Program-made: the position numbers and the translations under genes
The notes under the pieces: model-generated
Databases searched by the model: none
Seen by the model: only the letters and a program-made list of their open reading frames with translations
Told to the model about the DNA's origin: nothing
Part shown: positions 23,314-24,000 of the stretch, in pieces
Numbering within the stretch: the first letter of the stretch is position 1
Layout of the letters: each line of letters starts with the position of its first letter
DNA from: Marinococcus sp. PL1-022
GTDB taxonomy: Bacteria; Bacillota; Bacilli; Bacillales; Marinococcaceae
Length of the DNA stretch: 24,000 bases
NCBI RefSeq assembly: GCF_033845285.1
Contig: NZ_JAWXCX010000001.1
Coordinates: 239,495 to 263,494, forward strand
Direction: 5' to 3'

Positions 23314-24000
23314 ATGAAAAAGTGGAAATGGGCGCGGGCCGGAACGATAGCATTAACTTCTTCGGCACTGCTGACACTGGCCGGCTGTGGAGGGAGCGGA
23401 AGTGCTTCATCAGAATCAGCAGAGGCGAATGCAGAAGAAACACAGACGTTAACACTTGCACATATTCACAACGATGCAAGTCCTGTGTATCAAAGTCTTG
23501 AAGACTTTGCTGATAAAGTGGAAGAAAAAACTGATGGAAGCGTACAGGTGGATATTTACGCAGAGGGGGTACTCGGTGGAGAAACGAAGGTAATGGAGCT
23601 GGTGCAGAACGGGGTGATTGATTTTGCCAAGGTAAACGGCGGAGTCGTGGAAAGCTTCGATGAGCAGTTCTCTGTCTTCAGTCTGCCGTATATATTTTCG
23701 AGTAACGAACAATTCCGCTCATTTATGGAAACGGATACAATTGATGAAATGTACAACGATTTATCAGAGGCCCAGCTTCGCGGCATTACTTATTACGATG
23801 CAGGGGCCCGGAGTTTCTATACACAGGATACAAAAATAGAAAGCCCGGAGGATCTCCAGGGGCTCAAAATTCGGACAATGACCAATGTTACTTCAATCGA
23901 AACGATGGAAATGCTCGGTGCTTCGCCAACGCCGCTTTCAGCAACCGAAGTTTATACATCATTGCAGCAGGGGGTCATTGACGGAGCGGAGAGCAGCCCA
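23314..24000 (+). CDS. TRAP transporter solute-binding lipoprotein (DctP family), 3' end outside the window
   Basis: This ORF is absent from the track because it has no stop within the window. I translated it by hand: MKKWKWARAGTIALTSSALLTLAGCGG... (lipobox LAGC), then ...LTLAHIHN....Y....FA.KVEE.T.G.V.V.IY..G.LG.E....E.VQ.G.ID... and ...EVYTSLQQGVIDGAESSP. This is the DctP-type pattern. RBS AAAGGGG lies 8 nt upstream. Confidence 0.9.
   Translation, partial: MKKWKWARAGTIALTSSALLTLAGCGGSGSASSESAEANAEETQTLTLAHIHNDASPVYQSLEDFADKVEEKTDGSVQVDIYAEGVLGGETKVMELVQNGVIDFAKVNGGVVESFDEQFSVFSLPYIFSSNEQFRSFMETDTIDEMYNDLSEAQLRGITYYDAGARSFYTQDTKIESPEDLQGLKIRTMTNVTSIETMEMLGASPTPLSATEVYTSLQQGVIDGAESSP

Noticed and set aside
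1-24000. Looked for CRISPR repeats, tandem repeats, IS or transposon ends, integrase or recombinase genes, tRNA or rRNA, toxin-antitoxin pairs and known defence-system gene signatures
   Set aside because: I could find none by reading both strands. Every intergenic region is short (under about 250 bp) and is accounted for by promoters, terminators, the riboswitch or the regulatory sites listed above.

Overview
The window looks like an ordinary chromosomal segment of a Bacillaceae-type Firmicute. Several products resemble B. subtilis families recalled from memory (CsaA, PBP3/PbpC, YhaQ/YhaP, YvbH, YrhK). GGAGG-type Shine-Dalgarno sites and hairpin+U terminators are frequent. Exported domains are strikingly acidic, which suggests a halophile. 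I call about 30 CDS. I see no rRNA, tRNA, CRISPR array, transposase, integrase, phage gene or recognisable defence gene. Left to right, the genes are: membrane proteins of unknown function, a DUF2071 protein, an SDR, csaA, an NmrA-like reductase, an alpha/beta hydrolase, and a putative esterase behind a strong Fur-box match. Then come a lipoprotein class B PBP with a MecA_N-like N-terminus, a VanZ-like protein, a fluoride riboswitch driving two tandem crcB genes, an MFS transporter, and an ABC-2 exporter pair followed by a bacterial PH-domain protein. The last block (15.6-23.1 kb) is an AraC-type regulator plus a six-gene operon, followed by a partial TRAP solute-binding lipoprotein. The operon encodes three Gfo/Idh/MocA oxidoreductases, a DUF993 protein, a xylose-isomerase-like TIM barrel and an aldose 1-epimerase. 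This operon is the best candidate for an undescribed system. It has the enzyme logic of oxidation/elimination/hydration/reduction sugar pathways but carries an uncharacterised DUF993 component, has no hydrolase or kinase, and has an unusual leader hairpin. All family assignments rest on motifs read by eye and remembered family hallmarks. No searches were run.
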